64,000 nt of DNA. It comes from Vulcanimicrobiota bacterium. Its GTDB lineage: Bacteria > Vulcanimicrobiota > Vulcanimicrobiia > Eremiobacterales > Eremiobacteraceae. How positions within the stretch are numbered: the stretch's first letter is position 1; each line of letters starts with the position of its first letter. Of this stretch, positions 30,522 to 41,798 are shown one piece after another. The notes below the pieces were generated by a model, which ran no database searches, was not told the origin of the DNA, and saw only the letters and a program-made list of their open reading frames with translations. The translations under genes were made by a program, and so were the position numbers. Where the stretch lies: positions 320,001 through 384,000 of the forward strand of contig CAWDVP010000006.1 in the NCBI GenBank assembly GCA_963805945.1, given 5' to 3'.

Positions 30522-31127
30522 TCAATCTAGCGGGACAGTCTCGGTCGAGAACGTCACCTTCGTCTCTCCGAACATGATCTTATCGCCATGGCGGAGCGGC
30601 GTCGGTGCGTGGGGCACCAAGCGCTGCGCTCCGTTGAGGGAGGTGCCGTTCGTGCTCTCCAGGTCTTCGATGATGAAACAGCCATGCCGGCGCACGATGA
30701 ACGCGTGCCGCCGCGACACGTAGTTGCCGTGGTCGAACGGCGCCAGATCGATCTCGGGATAGACGCCGTCGGACAGCGAGGCGCGGCCCACCATGACGAC
30801 GTCGCTGTCGACGGGCAGCTCGACTTCGCCGCCGTCTTCCACATGGATGGTGACGCAGCCGCGGATGGCCGGCGCTTCGAGCCTGCGCGTGGCCGACTGG
30901 TCAAGGCTTTCGACCTCGTCGGGCAGCGGCTCGCCGCACATCTTGCAGAAGGTCTCGCCGGCGTAGTTGCGCGCGAAGCAGCGACCGCACAGGCGTGCGC
31001 TTTCGTCGCTTCTCGCCGTCGAGAACGAGCCCGACGTCGAGGGCTTGTGGGCGGGGTTCATCCCCGCGCCGTCCGCTACCATCTTCTTGCTCACCCTAGC
31101 CCGGCTCCCCGCAAACGGGTCTTCCAT
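30522..31127 (-). CDS. Zinc-ribbon + FHA domain protein
   Basis: CGRC...FCKMCG; VGR, VSRRHA, EDLESTNGT; start uncertain. Confidence 0.85.
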   Translation of the reverse strand: MEDPFAGSRARVSKKMVADGAGMNPAHKPSTSGSFSTARSDESARLCGRCFARNYAGETFCKMCGEPLPDEVESLDQSATRRLEAPAIRGCVTIHVEDGGEVELPVDSDVVMVGRASLSDGVYPEIDLAPFDHGNYVSRRHAFIVRRHGCFIIEDLESTNGTSLNGAQRLVPHAPTPLRHGDKIMFGETKVTFSTETVPLD

Positions 31128-31166
31128 CTGACCGCTATATCGTATCACTCTGGCCACCCCGGTAGG

Positions 31167-31182
31167 TGTGACGAATCCCACA
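31167..31182. promoter_or_regulatory. CRP/FNR-family-like binding site
   Basis: TGTGA-CGAATC-CCACA, about 42 bp upstream of the start site implied by an extended -10 TGnTACGAT (31139-31147). Confidence 0.5.
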
Positions 31183-31251
31183 CGCGTCTAGTACGTGCGT
31201 CCCCCCTGCCATCTATTGTAGCCTATGAACGCAATCCTGTGCATTGGTGTT

Positions 31252-32304
31252 TCATGAGGCATACCGGATACGGGGATTGAGCACGGCGTAGGCCACGTCG
31301 ATGACGAGGTTGACGAGCACGAAGGTGGTGGCGAACAGCAGGATCGCCCCGTTCACGAGGGGGCTATCGCGGTTGCTGATGGCCTCAAAGGCGAGCCTGC
31401 CGACCCCCGGCCAGGCGAATATATGTTCGGTGAGCACGGCCCCGCCGAGCAGCAGGCCGGTCTGGAGGCCGACCACGGTGACGATCGGGATGAGCGCGTT
31501 GCGCAGGCCGTGCCGGACGACGACCGCGTAGGAGCTCAGCCCCTTGGCGCGCGCGGTCCGCATGTAATCGGTGTTGAGCACTTCTAGCATGCTCGCGCGC
31601 GTCATCTTCGCGACGATGGCGAGCGGAATGGTGCCCAGGGTGATCGCCGGCAGCGCGAGATGCCGCAGCGCGTCGCCGAAAGCGGCCCAGTTCCCGGCCA
31701 GCAGCGCGTCCACGAGCATGAAATGGGTGTGCGGCGGCACCTCGTAGCGCAGCGAGATCCGGCCGCCGATCGGGAAGAGATCCATGCCGGCACGGCTCGG
31801 CTCGTACGCGAAGACGTACAGCATCATCCAGCCGAGCCAGAACACCGGCACGGACACGCCGATGAGCACGCCGATGTTGATGACGGTGTCGAGCGGGCGG
31901 CGGTGGCGCAACGCGGCGATGATGCCGGCCGGGATGCCGAAGACGACCGCGAACAGCATCGCCGCCATCCCCAGCTCCACCGTCGCAGGGAAATACTCGC
32001 GCAGCTTCGTGACGACCGGCACGTTGTCCGACAGCGATCGGCCGAGATTGCCATGCGCCACCTGCCACACGTATGCGCCGAGCTGATCGTACCACGGCTC
32101 ATCGAGTTTCAACTCGTGCGTGAGGCGCTCGATGTCGGTTTTCGTGGCGTGTTCGCCGAGCAAGATCTGCACCGGATTGCCCGGGATGAGATGCAAGAAC
32201 AAGAACGAGACGACGGTGATGGTGAGCAGCACGGCGGCGAAGCGCACCGTTCGCTGCGCGAGAAATCTGGCCACAGCCGAAGGCCTTTGCTTGCCGAACC
32301 GCAA
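31252..32304 (-). CDS. dppB: Peptide/nickel ABC transporter permease (DppB/OppB-like)
   Basis: [45 protein letters not shown]. Confidence 0.88.
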   Translation of the reverse strand: MRFGKQRPSAVARFLAQRTVRFAAVLLTITVVSFLFLHLIPGNPVQILLGEHATKTDIERLTHELKLDEPWYDQLGAYVWQVAHGNLGRSLSDNVPVVTKLREYFPATVELGMAAMLFAVVFGIPAGIIAALRHRRPLDTVINIGVLIGVSVPVFWLGWMMLYVFAYEPSRAGMDLFPIGGRISLRYEVPPHTHFMLVDALLAGNWAAFGDALRHLALPAITLGTIPLAIVAKMTRASMLEVLNTDYMRTARAKGLSSYAVVVRHGLRNALIPIVTVVGLQTGLLLGGAVLTEHIFAWPGVGRLAFEAISNRDSPLVNGAILLFATTFVLVNLVIDVAYAVLNPRIRYAS

Positions 32305-32408
32305 ACTCCCTCAGCCTCACCGCCGGGCTTAGCCCTCATGCGCGCGCGACCTTGTCGTGTCGCCATAGGGCAGTCAGCGCCTTCTTCGTTGGAGCATGGA
32401 AAACGCCG

Positions 32409-34517
32409 ATGATCTCTTCGCTCGCATTCACCATGACGATCTGGTTCGCGTTGGGGTCGGGGGTGCTGGCGCTCGCGTACGGCGTCGGCCTCATCATGTG
32501 GATCCTGCGCAAGCCCGCCGGCACGCCGCGCATGCAAGAGATCGCCGCCGCGATCCAAGAGGGCGCGATGGCCTACATGCGCCGCCAGTACACGACCATC
32601 GCGATCGTCGCGGTCGTGCTCGCCGCCATCATCGCGGTCGCGTTCCACGGCTGGCAGGCCGCGGTGGGCTTCCTCATCGGCGCTGTGCTGTCTGGCGCCA
32701 CCGGATTCATCGGCATGTCCATCGCCGTGCGCGCCAACGTGCGCACCGCCGAAGCGGCCAAGTCAGGTCTGCCCGCCGCGTTTCTCGTCGCGTTCAACGG
32801 CGGCGCGATCACCGGCTTGCTCGTCGTCGGCCTCGGGCTGATCGCGGTGGCTGGCTACTTCGCGATCATGCACGCGGTGTACGGCGACGATCTGCATTCC
32901 GCGCTGGGCGCCATGGTGGGGCTCGGCTTCGGCTGCTCGCTCATCTCGGTGTTCGCGCGTCTGGGCGGCGGCATCTACACCAAGGGCGCCGACGTCGGCG
33001 CGGACCTCGTCGGCAAGGTGGAAGCCGGCATCCCCGAGGACGATCCGCGCAATCCCGCGGTGATCGCGGATAATGTCGGTGATAACGTCGGCGACTGCGC
33101 GGGCATGGCAGCCGACCTCTTCGAAACCTACTGCGTGACCACGATCGCGGCCATGCTGCTCGGCTCGCTCGTGTTCCGGTCGAATCCCGAGCTCGCGCTC
33201 ACCTCTGCGCTGTTCCCGCTGGCGATCGGCGCCGTGTCGATCATCACGTCGATCGTCGGCACATGGTTCGTCCGCGTGCGCGGCACCGCGATCATGGCGG
33301 CGATGTACACGGGCTTGGCGGTCGCCGCGGTCCTGTCCGCCATCGCGTTGTACCCCTTGACGCTCCACGTCATGGCGCGCGCCGACGAGGCGATGGGCGG
33401 CTCGGGTCAATTCGCCGCGTGGCATCTCTGGGCGTGCGCCGTCGTCGGTCTCGCGGTCACCGGTCTCATGATGGTGATCACGGAATACTTCACCGGCACG
33501 CAGTTCAAGCCGGTGCAAGAGATCGCCAAGGCCTCGACCACGGGCCATGCGACGAACATCATCACCGGGCTCGCAGTGTCGATGAAAGCGACCACCTTGC
33601 CGGCGCTCGTCATCGTCGCAGGCATCCTCGTCGCCTTCAGCCTCTCAGGCCTGTATGGCGTCGCCATCGCGGCGATGTCGATGCTCTCGATGGCGGGCAT
33701 AATCGTCGCGCTCGATTCGTACGGTCCGATCACCGACAACGGCGGCGGCATCGCCGAGATGGCGAAGCTGGGTCCGGAGATCCGGGCCATCACCGATCCG
33801 CTAGACGCGGTGGGCAACACCACCAAGGCCGTCACCAAAGGCTACGCCATCGGTTCGGCGGCGCTCGCCGCCATCGTGCTGTTCGCCTCGTTCCAGCAAG
33901 AGCTCGCCGACGCGGCGCGCGGCACGGCGCAGTTGATCTTCAAACTCGACGATCCGTACGTGCTCTCCGGCCTCATCATCGGCGGAGCGCTGCCCTATCT
34001 CTTCGGCTCGCTGTGCATGGAGGCCGTCGGGCGCGCCGGCGCCGCCGTCGTCGAAGAGGTGCGCCGCCAGTTCCGCGAGATCAAAGGCATCATGGACGGC
34101 ACCGGCAAGCCCGAGTACGGCCGCTGCGTCGACCTCGTGACCGCCGCCGCCCTGCGCGAGATGCTGCTCCCCGCGCTCATCCCGGTTCTCACGCCGATCG
34201 CGGTCGTGCTGCTCGGCGTCTTCCACATCTTCACCCCGGGCAACGCCGCCCTCATGCTCGGCGGCGTGCTCGTCGGCTCGATCGTCACGGGCGTGTTCGT
34301 CGCCATCTCGATGACCTCAGGCGGCGGTGCTTGGGATAACGCCAAGAAGTACATCGAAGACGGCCACTACGGCGGCAAGGGCAGCCCGGCGCATGCTGCC
34401 GCCGTCACCGGCGATACTGTGGGCGATCCGTACAAAGACACGGCGGGGCCGGCCATCAACCCGATGATCAAGGTGCTCAACATCGTGTCGCTGCTGCTGG
34501 TGTCTTTCCTTAGATGA
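32409..34517 (+). CDS. hppA: Membrane-bound H+-translocating pyrophosphatase, K+-independent type
   Basis: [33 protein letters not shown] (Lys at the determinant position), [10 protein letters not shown]. Confidence 0.95.
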   Translation: MISSLAFTMTIWFALGSGVLALAYGVGLIMWILRKPAGTPRMQEIAAAIQEGAMAYMRRQYTTIAIVAVVLAAIIAVAFHGWQAAVGFLIGAVLSGATGFIGMSIAVRANVRTAEAAKSGLPAAFLVAFNGGAITGLLVVGLGLIAVAGYFAIMHAVYGDDLHSALGAMVGLGFGCSLISVFARLGGGIYTKGADVGADLVGKVEAGIPEDDPRNPAVIADNVGDNVGDCAGMAADLFETYCVTTIAAMLLGSLVFRSNPELALTSALFPLAIGAVSIITSIVGTWFVRVRGTAIMAAMYTGLAVAAVLSAIALYPLTLHVMARADEAMGGSGQFAAWHLWACAVVGLAVTGLMMVITEYFTGTQFKPVQEIAKASTTGHATNIITGLAVSMKATTLPALVIVAGILVAFSLSGLYGVAIAAMSMLSMAGIIVALDSYGPITDNGGGIAEMAKLGPEIRAITDPLDAVGNTTKAVTKGYAIGSAALAAIVLFASFQQELADAARGTAQLIFKLDDPYVLSGLIIGGALPYLFGSLCMEAVGRAGAAVVEEVRRQFREIKGIMDGTGKPEYGRCVDLVTAAALREMLLPALIPVLTPIAVVLLGVFHIFTPGNAALMLGGVLVGSIVTGVFVAISMTSGGGAWDNAKKYIEDGHYGGKGSPAHAAAVTGDTVGDPYKDTAGPAINPMIKVLNIVSLLLVSFLR

Positions 34518-34518
34518 T

Positions 34519-34542
34519 GTAGCGGTCGAATTTATTCGACCG
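34519..34542 (+). repeat. REP-like palindrome family A
   Basis: GTAGCGGTCGAATTTATTCGACCG between convergent genes. Confidence 0.8.
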
Positions 34543-34551
34543 TCGGTGCGG

Positions 34552-35202
34552 CTAGCTCGGGCCTGGGCCGAAGATCTGCTTCACCCACGACCAACCTTGA
34601 ACCGCGTGCACCAGCTGATGATAGATCCCGAGCTCGAAAGCGCGGCCTTGCGGGAATAGCGCGACGATGCCGAGGATGACGATCGAATAGAAGATCGCGC
34701 CGAGCACGCCCCAGATGACCGACTCGATCGTGGCGACGGGTCGCGGCGGGGCGGCCGACTGCGTCACGCGCGCCGCTTGGCTCAAAGGTTTCGCGCCGGG
34801 CGCGACGTAGCCGGTGCTCTGCGCGCCCGTGTCGTCGAACGTGGCCGGTCGTTGCGGCGGCGCCGTCTCGTCGTGACCCCCGATCAGACGCACGATCTTG
34901 CGCCGCTCGTCGGGGTTGAGGTCGACGAACTCGGCGAACGTCGTATAGCCTGCGGTGTCGATGGCCTCGGTCTGCGAGCGCACGCGGATCAGGCCGCGCA
35001 CGGTCGCGTTGATGCTCGGGAAATCGATGTTGGTGAACATGACGGTGCCTTCAGGGATCTCGACCGGAAAACTGACGATGAGCTGCTTCTCATCGAGGTG
35101 CGTGACGCGGCCCGATACGTCGAGATTGTACTCGGCGTTGCGCGATTGCACGTTTGCCGGCGTTGAAAGCGGCGCCGGCGGAAAATCCCCGCTACCCTGC
35201 AC
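34552..35202 (-). CDS. Membrane-anchored protein with non-canonical PilZ-like domain
   Basis: Beta-rich segment ending EFVDLNPDERRKIVRLI; C-terminal TM; start 35202 (GTG) or 35262. Confidence 0.55.
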   Translation of the reverse strand: MQGSGDFPPAPLSTPANVQSRNAEYNLDVSGRVTHLDEKQLIVSFPVEIPEGTVMFTNIDFPSINATVRGLIRVRSQTEAIDTAGYTTFAEFVDLNPDERRKIVRLIGGHDETAPPQRPATFDDTGAQSTGYVAPGAKPLSQAARVTQSAAPPRPVATIESVIWGVLGAIFYSIVILGIVALFPQGRAFELGIYHQLVHAVQGWSWVKQIFGPGPS

Positions 35203-35345
35203 GTAGCCCCTTCCCCCTCGGGTCCCGGACCCACGGTCGGTCGACCCCTGAGCAATTGACATGCGCGCCCGGTCGGCCCTCTAGAGGTATCATCGGCCAG
35301 TTTGCCGCCGTCCCGCAGACCTCCTTACTTCCCCGCAGGAAACTT

Positions 35346-35374
35346 TTGCACGTCGGCTTGTCGTTCTATACAAT
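35346..35374 (+). promoter_or_regulatory. Sigma70-type promoter, likely leaderless transcript
   Basis: TTGCAC-N17-TACAAT, 7 nt before ATG 35382. Confidence 0.55.
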
Positions 35375-35381
35375 GATGAAT

Positions 35382-36227
35382 ATGGATCACAGTCTCACGC
35401 GCCACCGGATGACCCGGAGATGCTTCCTGTGCGGGGCGCAAGGCGCCGCGCTCGCCGCCGGAGCTTTGCTCACTATGCCAGGCCTGGCGCTCGCAGACGA
35501 GCAGTCGCAGGAGCAGGCCATCGGCCAGCAGGTCTACGATCAACTGCGCAAGCAGGGTCAGATCGTCGACCGGTCACCGTACTACGCGGTGCTACGCTCG
35601 GTCGGGAAACGCATCTCCGACGCCGCACTGCCGCATTGGTACACGATGAAGTTCGTGGTGGTCAAGGGCGCTCAGGCGAATGCCTTTTCCGTGCCGGGCG
35701 GCTGGGTCTACGTGAACGAAGCGTTGCTGCGCCAATCGGAGGACCTCGACGAGCTGGCGAGCGTGCTCGGCCACGAGACCGGCCACATCGTCCTCGGCCA
35801 TGTCATGCAGCGCCTCAAGGACGCGCAGAACCTCAGCATCCTCTTCACCATCGGCAGCCTCCTCGTGCATAGCCAAAGCGCGGCGAACGTCTACAACATC
35901 GCGCAGCTCGGCGCCAACTACGGCTTCCTCAACTTCTCGCGGCAGCAGGAGTACCAAGCCGATCACGAGGGCGTGATACTCGCCGCCAAGGCCGCATACG
36001 ACCCCTGGGGCATGGTCTGGTTCTTCCAGAAACTCGAGGCGTTGTATGGCGATGTCGGTTTTGAGCAATACGTCCAGGACCACCCGTCCACCAAGGACCG
36101 CATCACGCGCATCGAGGCGTTCTTCAAGAGCGACCCTGCGACGTTCAGCCGCTGGCCCCAAACTCTCACCGCAAAACCCGGTCTGCCGCAGAACACGACT
36201 GACGACCAGCTCGTGCTGACTCCATAA
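35382..36227 (+). CDS. M48-family metallopeptidase with Tat-like signal
   Basis: TRRCFL, NAFSVPGG, HETGH, SRQQEYQAD, HPSTKDR. Confidence 0.88.
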   Translation: MDHSLTRHRMTRRCFLCGAQGAALAAGALLTMPGLALADEQSQEQAIGQQVYDQLRKQGQIVDRSPYYAVLRSVGKRISDAALPHWYTMKFVVVKGAQANAFSVPGGWVYVNEALLRQSEDLDELASVLGHETGHIVLGHVMQRLKDAQNLSILFTIGSLLVHSQSAANVYNIAQLGANYGFLNFSRQQEYQADHEGVILAAKAAYDPWGMVWFFQKLEALYGDVGFEQYVQDHPSTKDRITRIEAFFKSDPATFSRWPQTLTAKPGLPQNTTDDQLVLTP

Positions 36228-36249
36228 ACACCGGTACGGAAGAAAGAAA

Positions 36250-36277
36250 GGGGCCGATCCGAAGATCTGGCCCCTAC
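36250..36277 (-). repeat. REP-like palindrome family B (degenerate), may double as the rplL terminator
   Basis: GTAGGGGCCAGATCTTCGGATCGGCCCC followed by TTTCTTTCTT. Confidence 0.6.
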
Positions 36278-36302
36278 AGCCCCGTTAAGGCCGGCCTTCG
36301 AG

Positions 36303-36677
36303 CTACTTGATCTCGACCTTGGCGCCTTCGGCCTCGAGCTTGGCCTTGATCGCCTCGGCCTCTTCTTTGGTCGCGCCGGCCTTGACCGACTTGGGCGCGC
36401 CTTCCACCAGATCTTTGGCCTCTTTGAGACCCAAGCCCGGCACGACTTCGCGCACCACCTTGATCACGTTGATCTTCTTCTCGCCGGCTGCGAGCAGCAC
36501 GACGTCGAAGTCGGTCTTCGCCTCGACCGGAGCGGTGGCACCGCCGCCTGCGGCCGGCGCAGCCACTGCGACCGCCGCCGCGCTGACGCCGTATTTCTCC
36601 TCGAGCGCTTTGACCAGCTCGGCCAGTTCGAGGACCGTGATCTTGTCGATTTGATCGATGATATCTGTTATCGCCAT
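36303..36677 (-). CDS. rplL: 50S ribosomal protein L7/L12
   Basis: [30 protein letters not shown]. Confidence 0.97.
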   Translation of the reverse strand: MAITDIIDQIDKITVLELAELVKALEEKYGVSAAAVAVAAPAAGGGATAPVEAKTDFDVVLLAAGEKKINVIKVVREVVPGLGLKEAKDLVEGAPKSVKAGATKEEAEAIKAKLEAEGAKVEIK

Positions 36678-36710
36678 GATAGAGTATCCGTTCCTTTCAT
36701 GCGGTCCTTG

Positions 36711-37244
36711 TCAGGCCGCTGGTTGATCTTCAGATTTCTTGCCGTGGATCGCATGCAAGAGCCGTACCAGTTTGCCGCGATTGCCGTTGAGCACGCCGTG
36801 CAGTCTGTACAGCGGCGATTTCAGGCTGCCGACGAGGGCTGCGAGCAGCTCTTGTCGACCGCGGATCTTCGAAAGCGCCAGCACTTCGGCCGCATCGAGA
36901 AATCGGCCGTCGACGAACGCCGCTTTGATCTGCAGCTTCTTCGAGTCGTTCGCGAACTTCGCGAGCGCCTTCGCCGCGAGCACCGGGTCGGACTCGACGA
37001 ACGCGACCGCCGTCGGGCCTTCGAGGACGCCCTTGAGCTGTTCGCGCTTCTCGTCACCGATGGCGATGCCGAAGAGCGTGTTCTTGACGACCGAGTAGCT
37101 CGCCGAATCTTTGCGCAACTCGTTGCGCAGCATGCGGAGCTCGCCCACCGTCAGGCCGCGGTAGTCCGTGAAGAACATGCTCGCTACCTTGGCAGCGCGC
37201 TCCCGCAGCGCGACGATCTCTGCGTCTTTCTTAGGGGTTGGCAT
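36711..37244 (-). CDS. rplJ: 50S ribosomal protein L10
   Basis: DYRGLTV, VVKNTL, LEGPTAVAF. Confidence 0.96.
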   Translation of the reverse strand: MPTPKKDAEIVALRERAAKVASMFFTDYRGLTVGELRMLRNELRKDSASYSVVKNTLFGIAIGDEKREQLKGVLEGPTAVAFVESDPVLAAKALAKFANDSKKLQIKAAFVDGRFLDAAEVLALSKIRGRQELLAALVGSLKSPLYRLHGVLNGNRGKLVRLLHAIHGKKSEDQPAA

Positions 37245-37301
37245 ATCTAGATTCACCTCCGATCGCTGCGTGGGACCCGAGCGTCGCTCGGGCACCACAT
37301 G

Positions 37302-37335
37302 AAAAGGCGCCCTCTCGAGTGTCTCGAGAAAGCGC
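37302..37335 (-). terminator. Putative attenuator hairpin in the rplJ leader
   Basis: GCGCTTTCTCGAG-ACA-CTCGAGAGGGCGC followed by CTTTT. Confidence 0.5.
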
Positions 37336-37351
37336 TTGGCGATCGAGGTGC

Positions 37352-37375
37352 CGGTCGAATGAATTCGACCGCTCC
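37352..37375 (-). repeat. REP-like palindrome family A
   Basis: GGAGCGGTCGAATTCATTCGACCG. Confidence 0.8.
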
Positions 37376-37391
37376 AAAAGTCGCTTCGCTT

Positions 37392-37452
37392 CCTCGGCAG
37401 GCCCCTCGCGGGATTACCGCAGCCGGGGAGGGCTGCGACCTGCGGTCATCGG
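37392..37452 (-). ncRNA. L10 leader (ribosomal protein autoregulatory RNA)
   Basis: CCGATGACCGCAGG...GGTAAT...CCTGCCGAGG upstream of rplJ. Confidence 0.7.
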
Positions 37453-37458
37453 ACGCAT

Positions 37459-37482
37459 CGGTCGAATGAATTCGACCGCTAC
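37459..37482 (-). repeat. REP-like palindrome family A
   Basis: GTAGCGGTCGAATTCATTCGACCG just after the rplA stop. Confidence 0.8.
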
Positions 37483-37489
37483 ATTTGTA

Positions 37490-38194
37490 CTAGGCGGCGG
37501 GCTCCGCTTTGAGCCTCGTCGGATCGATGCGGACACCCGGTCCCATCGTGCTGGTCAAGGTCACGCTCTTGAGATACGTACCCTTGGCCGATGCCGGCCT
37601 GGCCCGCACGATGGCGTCGGTGACGGCCGTGAGATTCTCCATGAGCGCTTCCTTGGAGAACGAGGCCTTGCCGACGATGCAGTGGATGTTCGCCGCCTTG
37701 TCCAGACGATATTCTACCTTACCGGCCTTGATCTCAGCAACCGCTTGTTTGATATTGAGCGTGACCGTCCCGACCTTCGGGTTGGGCATGCGCTGCGCGA
37801 GGATCTTGCCGAGGTTCGAGCCGACGGCGCCCATCATGTCCGGGGTGGCCACGGCGACGTCGAAATCGAGCCAGCCGCCCTTGATACGATCGATGAGGTC
37901 CTGGTCGCCGACGACGTCTGCGCCGGCCTCCTGAGCCTCCTTCGCCTTCTCGCCCTTGGCGAACACGACGACCTTCTTGGTCTGGCCTGTGCCGTGCGGC
38001 ATCACGACCGTGCCGCGCACGTTCTGCTCGGCCTTCTTCTGGTCGACGCCGAGCCGTACGTGCAATTCGATAGTCTCGTCGAACTTCGCCTTCGCGTTGG
38101 CTTTGACGAGCTCGACGGCGCGCGCCACGTCGACCGATCGCTCGTTTCCGAGCGCCTTCACGCTTTCGCGGTACTTCTTGCCTGGTTTTGCCAT
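37490..38194 (-). CDS. rplA: 50S ribosomal protein L1
   Basis: [33 protein letters not shown]. Confidence 0.97.
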   Translation of the reverse strand: MAKPGKKYRESVKALGNERSVDVARAVELVKANAKAKFDETIELHVRLGVDQKKAEQNVRGTVVMPHGTGQTKKVVVFAKGEKAKEAQEAGADVVGDQDLIDRIKGGWLDFDVAVATPDMMGAVGSNLGKILAQRMPNPKVGTVTLNIKQAVAEIKAGKVEYRLDKAANIHCIVGKASFSKEALMENLTAVTDAIVRARPASAKGTYLKSVTLTSTMGPGVRIDPTRLKAEPAA

Positions 38195-38209
38195 GGTGTC
38201 TGACTCCTG

Positions 38210-38239
38210 CGTGGTGCGAGCGGCTTTCGGCCTCCCACG
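38210..38239 (-). promoter_or_regulatory. L1-binding mRNA leader upstream of rplA
   Basis: CGTGGGAGG-CCGAAAG-CCGCTCGCACCACG hairpin with internal loop, adjacent to the RBS. Confidence 0.6.
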
Positions 38240-38254
38240 ATCTGGTTTTGTTAT

Positions 38255-38278
38255 GGAGCGGTCGAATTTATTCGACCG
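38255..38278 (+). repeat. REP-like palindrome family A
   Basis: GGAGCGGTCGAATTTATTCGACCG abutting the rplK stop. Confidence 0.8.
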
Positions 38279-38701
38279 TCAACCGACCTCGATGCCCATC
38301 GAGCGCGCCGTGCCGGCGACGATCTTCGCCGCCGCGTCGATGTCGTTGGCGTTGAGGTCGACCATCTTCATCTTGGCGATCTCGCGGCATTTCTCCATCG
38401 AGATCTTGCCGACTTTCTTGCGATTGGGCTCGCCCGAGCCCTTTTCGACGCCCGCGGCCTTTTTGATCAGCTCGGACGCCGGCGGCGTCTTGAGGATGAA
38501 CGTGAACGAACGGTCCTCGAACACCGTGATGACGGCGGGGATGATCTGGCCCTTCTGATTGGCGGTGCGTTCGTTGTACGCCTTACAGAACTCCATGATG
38601 TTGATGCCGTGCTGGCCCAGCGCAGGGCCGACGGGCGGCGCTGGCGTAGCGGCGCCGGCCGAACATTGGAGCGTGATCTTCGCGATGACCTTTTTTGCCA
38701 C
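38279..38701 (-). CDS. rplK: 50S ribosomal protein L11
   Basis: [31 protein letters not shown]. Confidence 0.97.
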   Translation of the reverse strand: MAKKVIAKITLQCSAGAATPAPPVGPALGQHGINIMEFCKAYNERTANQKGQIIPAVITVFEDRSFTFILKTPPASELIKKAAGVEKGSGEPNRKKVGKISMEKCREIAKMKMVDLNANDIDAAAKIVAGTARSMGIEVG

Positions 38702-38704
38702 GAT

Positions 38705-39304
38705 CTATACCTTTTCGACCTGATAGAATTCGAGCTCGACCGGCGTCTCCCGGCCGAAGATCGAGATGAGCGCGCGCAGACGCTCTTTGGTGGGATCGAT
38801 CTCATCCACCGTGCCGGTGAAGTCGAAGAACGGTCCCGAGGTGACCTTGACGCGATCGCCTTTGGCGAAATCGATCTTGAGCTTGGGCGTCTCGATGCCC
38901 ATCTGCTTGAGGATCGTCTTGACCTCTTTGTCCACCAGCGGCAGCGGCTTCTCGCCGGAGCCCGGCGAGCCGACGAAGCCGGTCACGCCCTGCGTGTTGC
39001 GGACGACGTACCACGACTGGTCGGTCATCTTCATCTCGACCAGGACGTAGCCGGGATACACCTTCTTCTCGACCTCTTTGCGCTTGCCGTCCTTGAACTC
39101 GACCTCTTTGTCCGTCGGCACGAGCACGCGGTACACGAAGTCCTGCATGCTCATCGACTTGATGCGCCGCTCGAGATTCGCCTTGACCTTGTTCTCGTAG
39201 CCCGAATACGTGTGCACCACGTACCATTTGCGGTCCGGGTCGTCCGGCGTGGCGAGCAGATCGTCGAGATCGGCCGCCGCGGCCTGCTGCTGTGTTTCTT
39301 CCAT
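38705..39304 (-). CDS. nusG: Transcription elongation factor NusG
   Basis: WYVVHTYSGYE, YPGYVLVEM, IFGRETPVEL. Confidence 0.97.
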   Translation of the reverse strand: MEETQQQAAAADLDDLLATPDDPDRKWYVVHTYSGYENKVKANLERRIKSMSMQDFVYRVLVPTDKEVEFKDGKRKEVEKKVYPGYVLVEMKMTDQSWYVVRNTQGVTGFVGSPGSGEKPLPLVDKEVKTILKQMGIETPKLKIDFAKGDRVKVTSGPFFDFTGTVDEIDPTKERLRALISIFGRETPVELEFYQVEKV

Positions 39305-39308
39305 AGCG

Positions 39309-39599
39309 CTAGCTCGGCAACCTGAAGATCCACTGCACGAGATTGCTGATGAGCGACGTCCAGATCGCCACCACGGCGACGAGCCCCAGCGTGATGAGCG
39401 TCGCCGAGACCCACTCCTCGCGGCTGGGCCATGTGACGCGTTTCATCTCGGACACGACTGCGCGGTATCCGTCGGACAAGCGCCGCCACTGGCGCTCGCG
39501 TTCGACGACGCGCGTCTGGTCGGCCTTATCCTTCTCTTTCGCCGCGGGCTTCGCATCGACGTCGTCGATGGGTCTGCCGGGGGCCGTGATTCGCTTCAT
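39309..39599 (-). CDS. secE: Preprotein translocase subunit SecE
   Basis: EMKRVTWPSREE plus a single TM; synteny. Confidence 0.92.
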   Translation of the reverse strand: MKRITAPGRPIDDVDAKPAAKEKDKADQTRVVERERQWRRLSDGYRAVVSEMKRVTWPSREEWVSATLITLGLVAVVAIWTSLISNLVQWIFRLPS

Positions 39600-39612
39600 C
39601 TCTTCCTTTGGT

Positions 39613-39636
39613 CGGTCGAATACATTCGACCGCTAC
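39613..39636 (-). repeat. REP-like palindrome family A
   Basis: GTAGCGGTCGAATGTATTCGACCG between tRNA-Trp and secE. Confidence 0.8.
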
Positions 39637-39651
39637 ATGCTCTCGAGGATC

Positions 39652-39727
39652 TGGCAGGGCGGACAGGACTCGAACCTGCAACCAACGGTTTTGGAGACCG
39701 CTACTCTACCAATTGAGCTACCGCCCT
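39652..39727 (-). tRNA. tRNA-Trp(CCA)
   Basis: AGGGCGGTAGCTCAATTGG...GCGGT-CTCCAAA-ACCGT...GGTTCGAGTCC...GCCA. Confidence 0.96.
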
Positions 39728-39728
39728 A

Positions 39729-39893
39729 TTAGCGCGTCTCTTTGTGGGCCGTATGGCACTTGCACCAGCGGCAGTACTTCTTGAGCTCCAGCCGCGCGCT
39801 CGTGTGCTGCCGGTTCTTCATCGTCGTGTAGTTGCGCCGTTTGCAGTCGCCGCACGCGAGCGTGACGATCACCCTGTTCTCCTTTTTGGCCAT
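39729..39893 (-). CDS. rpmG: 50S ribosomal protein L33 (zinc-binding form); absent from the ORF track
   Basis: Manual translation [54 protein letters not shown]. Confidence 0.95.
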   Translation of the reverse strand: MAKKENRVIVTLACGDCKRRNYTTMKNRQHTSARLELKKYCRWCKCHTAHKETR

Positions 39894-39899
39894 CGACGC

Positions 39900-41093
<1,194 letters not shown>

Positions 41094-41218
41094 GGTTGTT
41101 CTTATGATTCCCTTCGCCGAACGCTAAAACGGTCGAGCAAGCTCGACCGCCCGAATCCTGCGGCCATGCTGACGCACACCCCGTGTTCCCGTTTTCCGGA
41201 ATGCGAAAATCGAAACTT

Positions 41219-41292
41219 CGCGCCCGAGAGGACTTGAACCTCCAACCTACGGCTTAGGAGTCCATCGCTCTATCCAGTTGAGCTACGGGCGC
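41219..41292 (-). tRNA. tRNA-Arg(CCT)
   Basis: GCGCCCGTAGCTCAACTGGATAGAGC...CTCCTAA...GGTTCAAGTCC; imperfect anticodon stem. Confidence 0.88.
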
Positions 41293-41330
41293 ATTACGTC
41301 TATTGTAGCATCTGCCGCAGCGAAGCTGCA

Positions 41331-41402
41331 AGCCCTCGGCGGGGATTGAACCCGCGGCCTCGTCCTTACCAAGGACGCGCTCTACCACTGAGCTACAAGG
41401 GC
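41331..41402 (-). tRNA. tRNA-Thr(GGT)
   Basis: CGTCC-TTGGTAA-GGACG anticodon arm, GGTTCAATCCC T-arm. Confidence 0.95.
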
Positions 41403-41429
41403 GGCCGCCCCCGGACGCCGCCGAGGCGC

Positions 41430-41606
41430 TTAGCGCTTGTTGATCGAGTCGCCGATCTGCTTGACGCCGGATTCCACCGCCCGCTCGCCCTGCCAGAAGA
41501 GCCCGATGATCCATCGGATCGTCGCGATGAACCCGATCACCGCGAAGACCAGCATCACGCCGATGACCCACAACGCCCCATGCGCTATGTTCGTGAGAAT
41601 ATCCAT
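41430..41606 (-). CDS. Small membrane hypothetical protein
   Basis: MDILTNIAHG..., one TM, GAGGGG RBS; between two tRNAs. Confidence 0.55.
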   Translation of the reverse strand: MDILTNIAHGALWVIGVMLVFAVIGFIATIRWIIGLFWQGERAVESGVKQIGDSINKR

Positions 41607-41687
41607 GTGGTGCACCCCTCTCGACTCGCGCTAAGCTATCCCGCGCAGCCGGGATTTACCTGCCCCCTGCCGATCGAGGCGAGTTCG

Positions 41688-41763
41688 TGGAGCGGGAGAC
41701 GGGTCTCGAACCCGCAACATCCAGCTTGGAAGGCTAGCGCTCTACCGATTGAGCTACTCCCGC
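41688..41763 (-). tRNA. tRNA-Gly(TCC)
   Basis: GCGGGAGTAGCTCAATCGG...CTTCCAA...GGTTCGAGACC...CCA. Confidence 0.95.
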
Positions 41764-41798
41764 GCTCTCACAATGTTTGGGCAACGCAGGCGACCTTC

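Noticed and set aside
37352..39636. Palindromes as CRISPR repeats or plain terminators
   Set aside because: Irregular spacing with genes between copies, mixed orientation, and mostly no U-tract.
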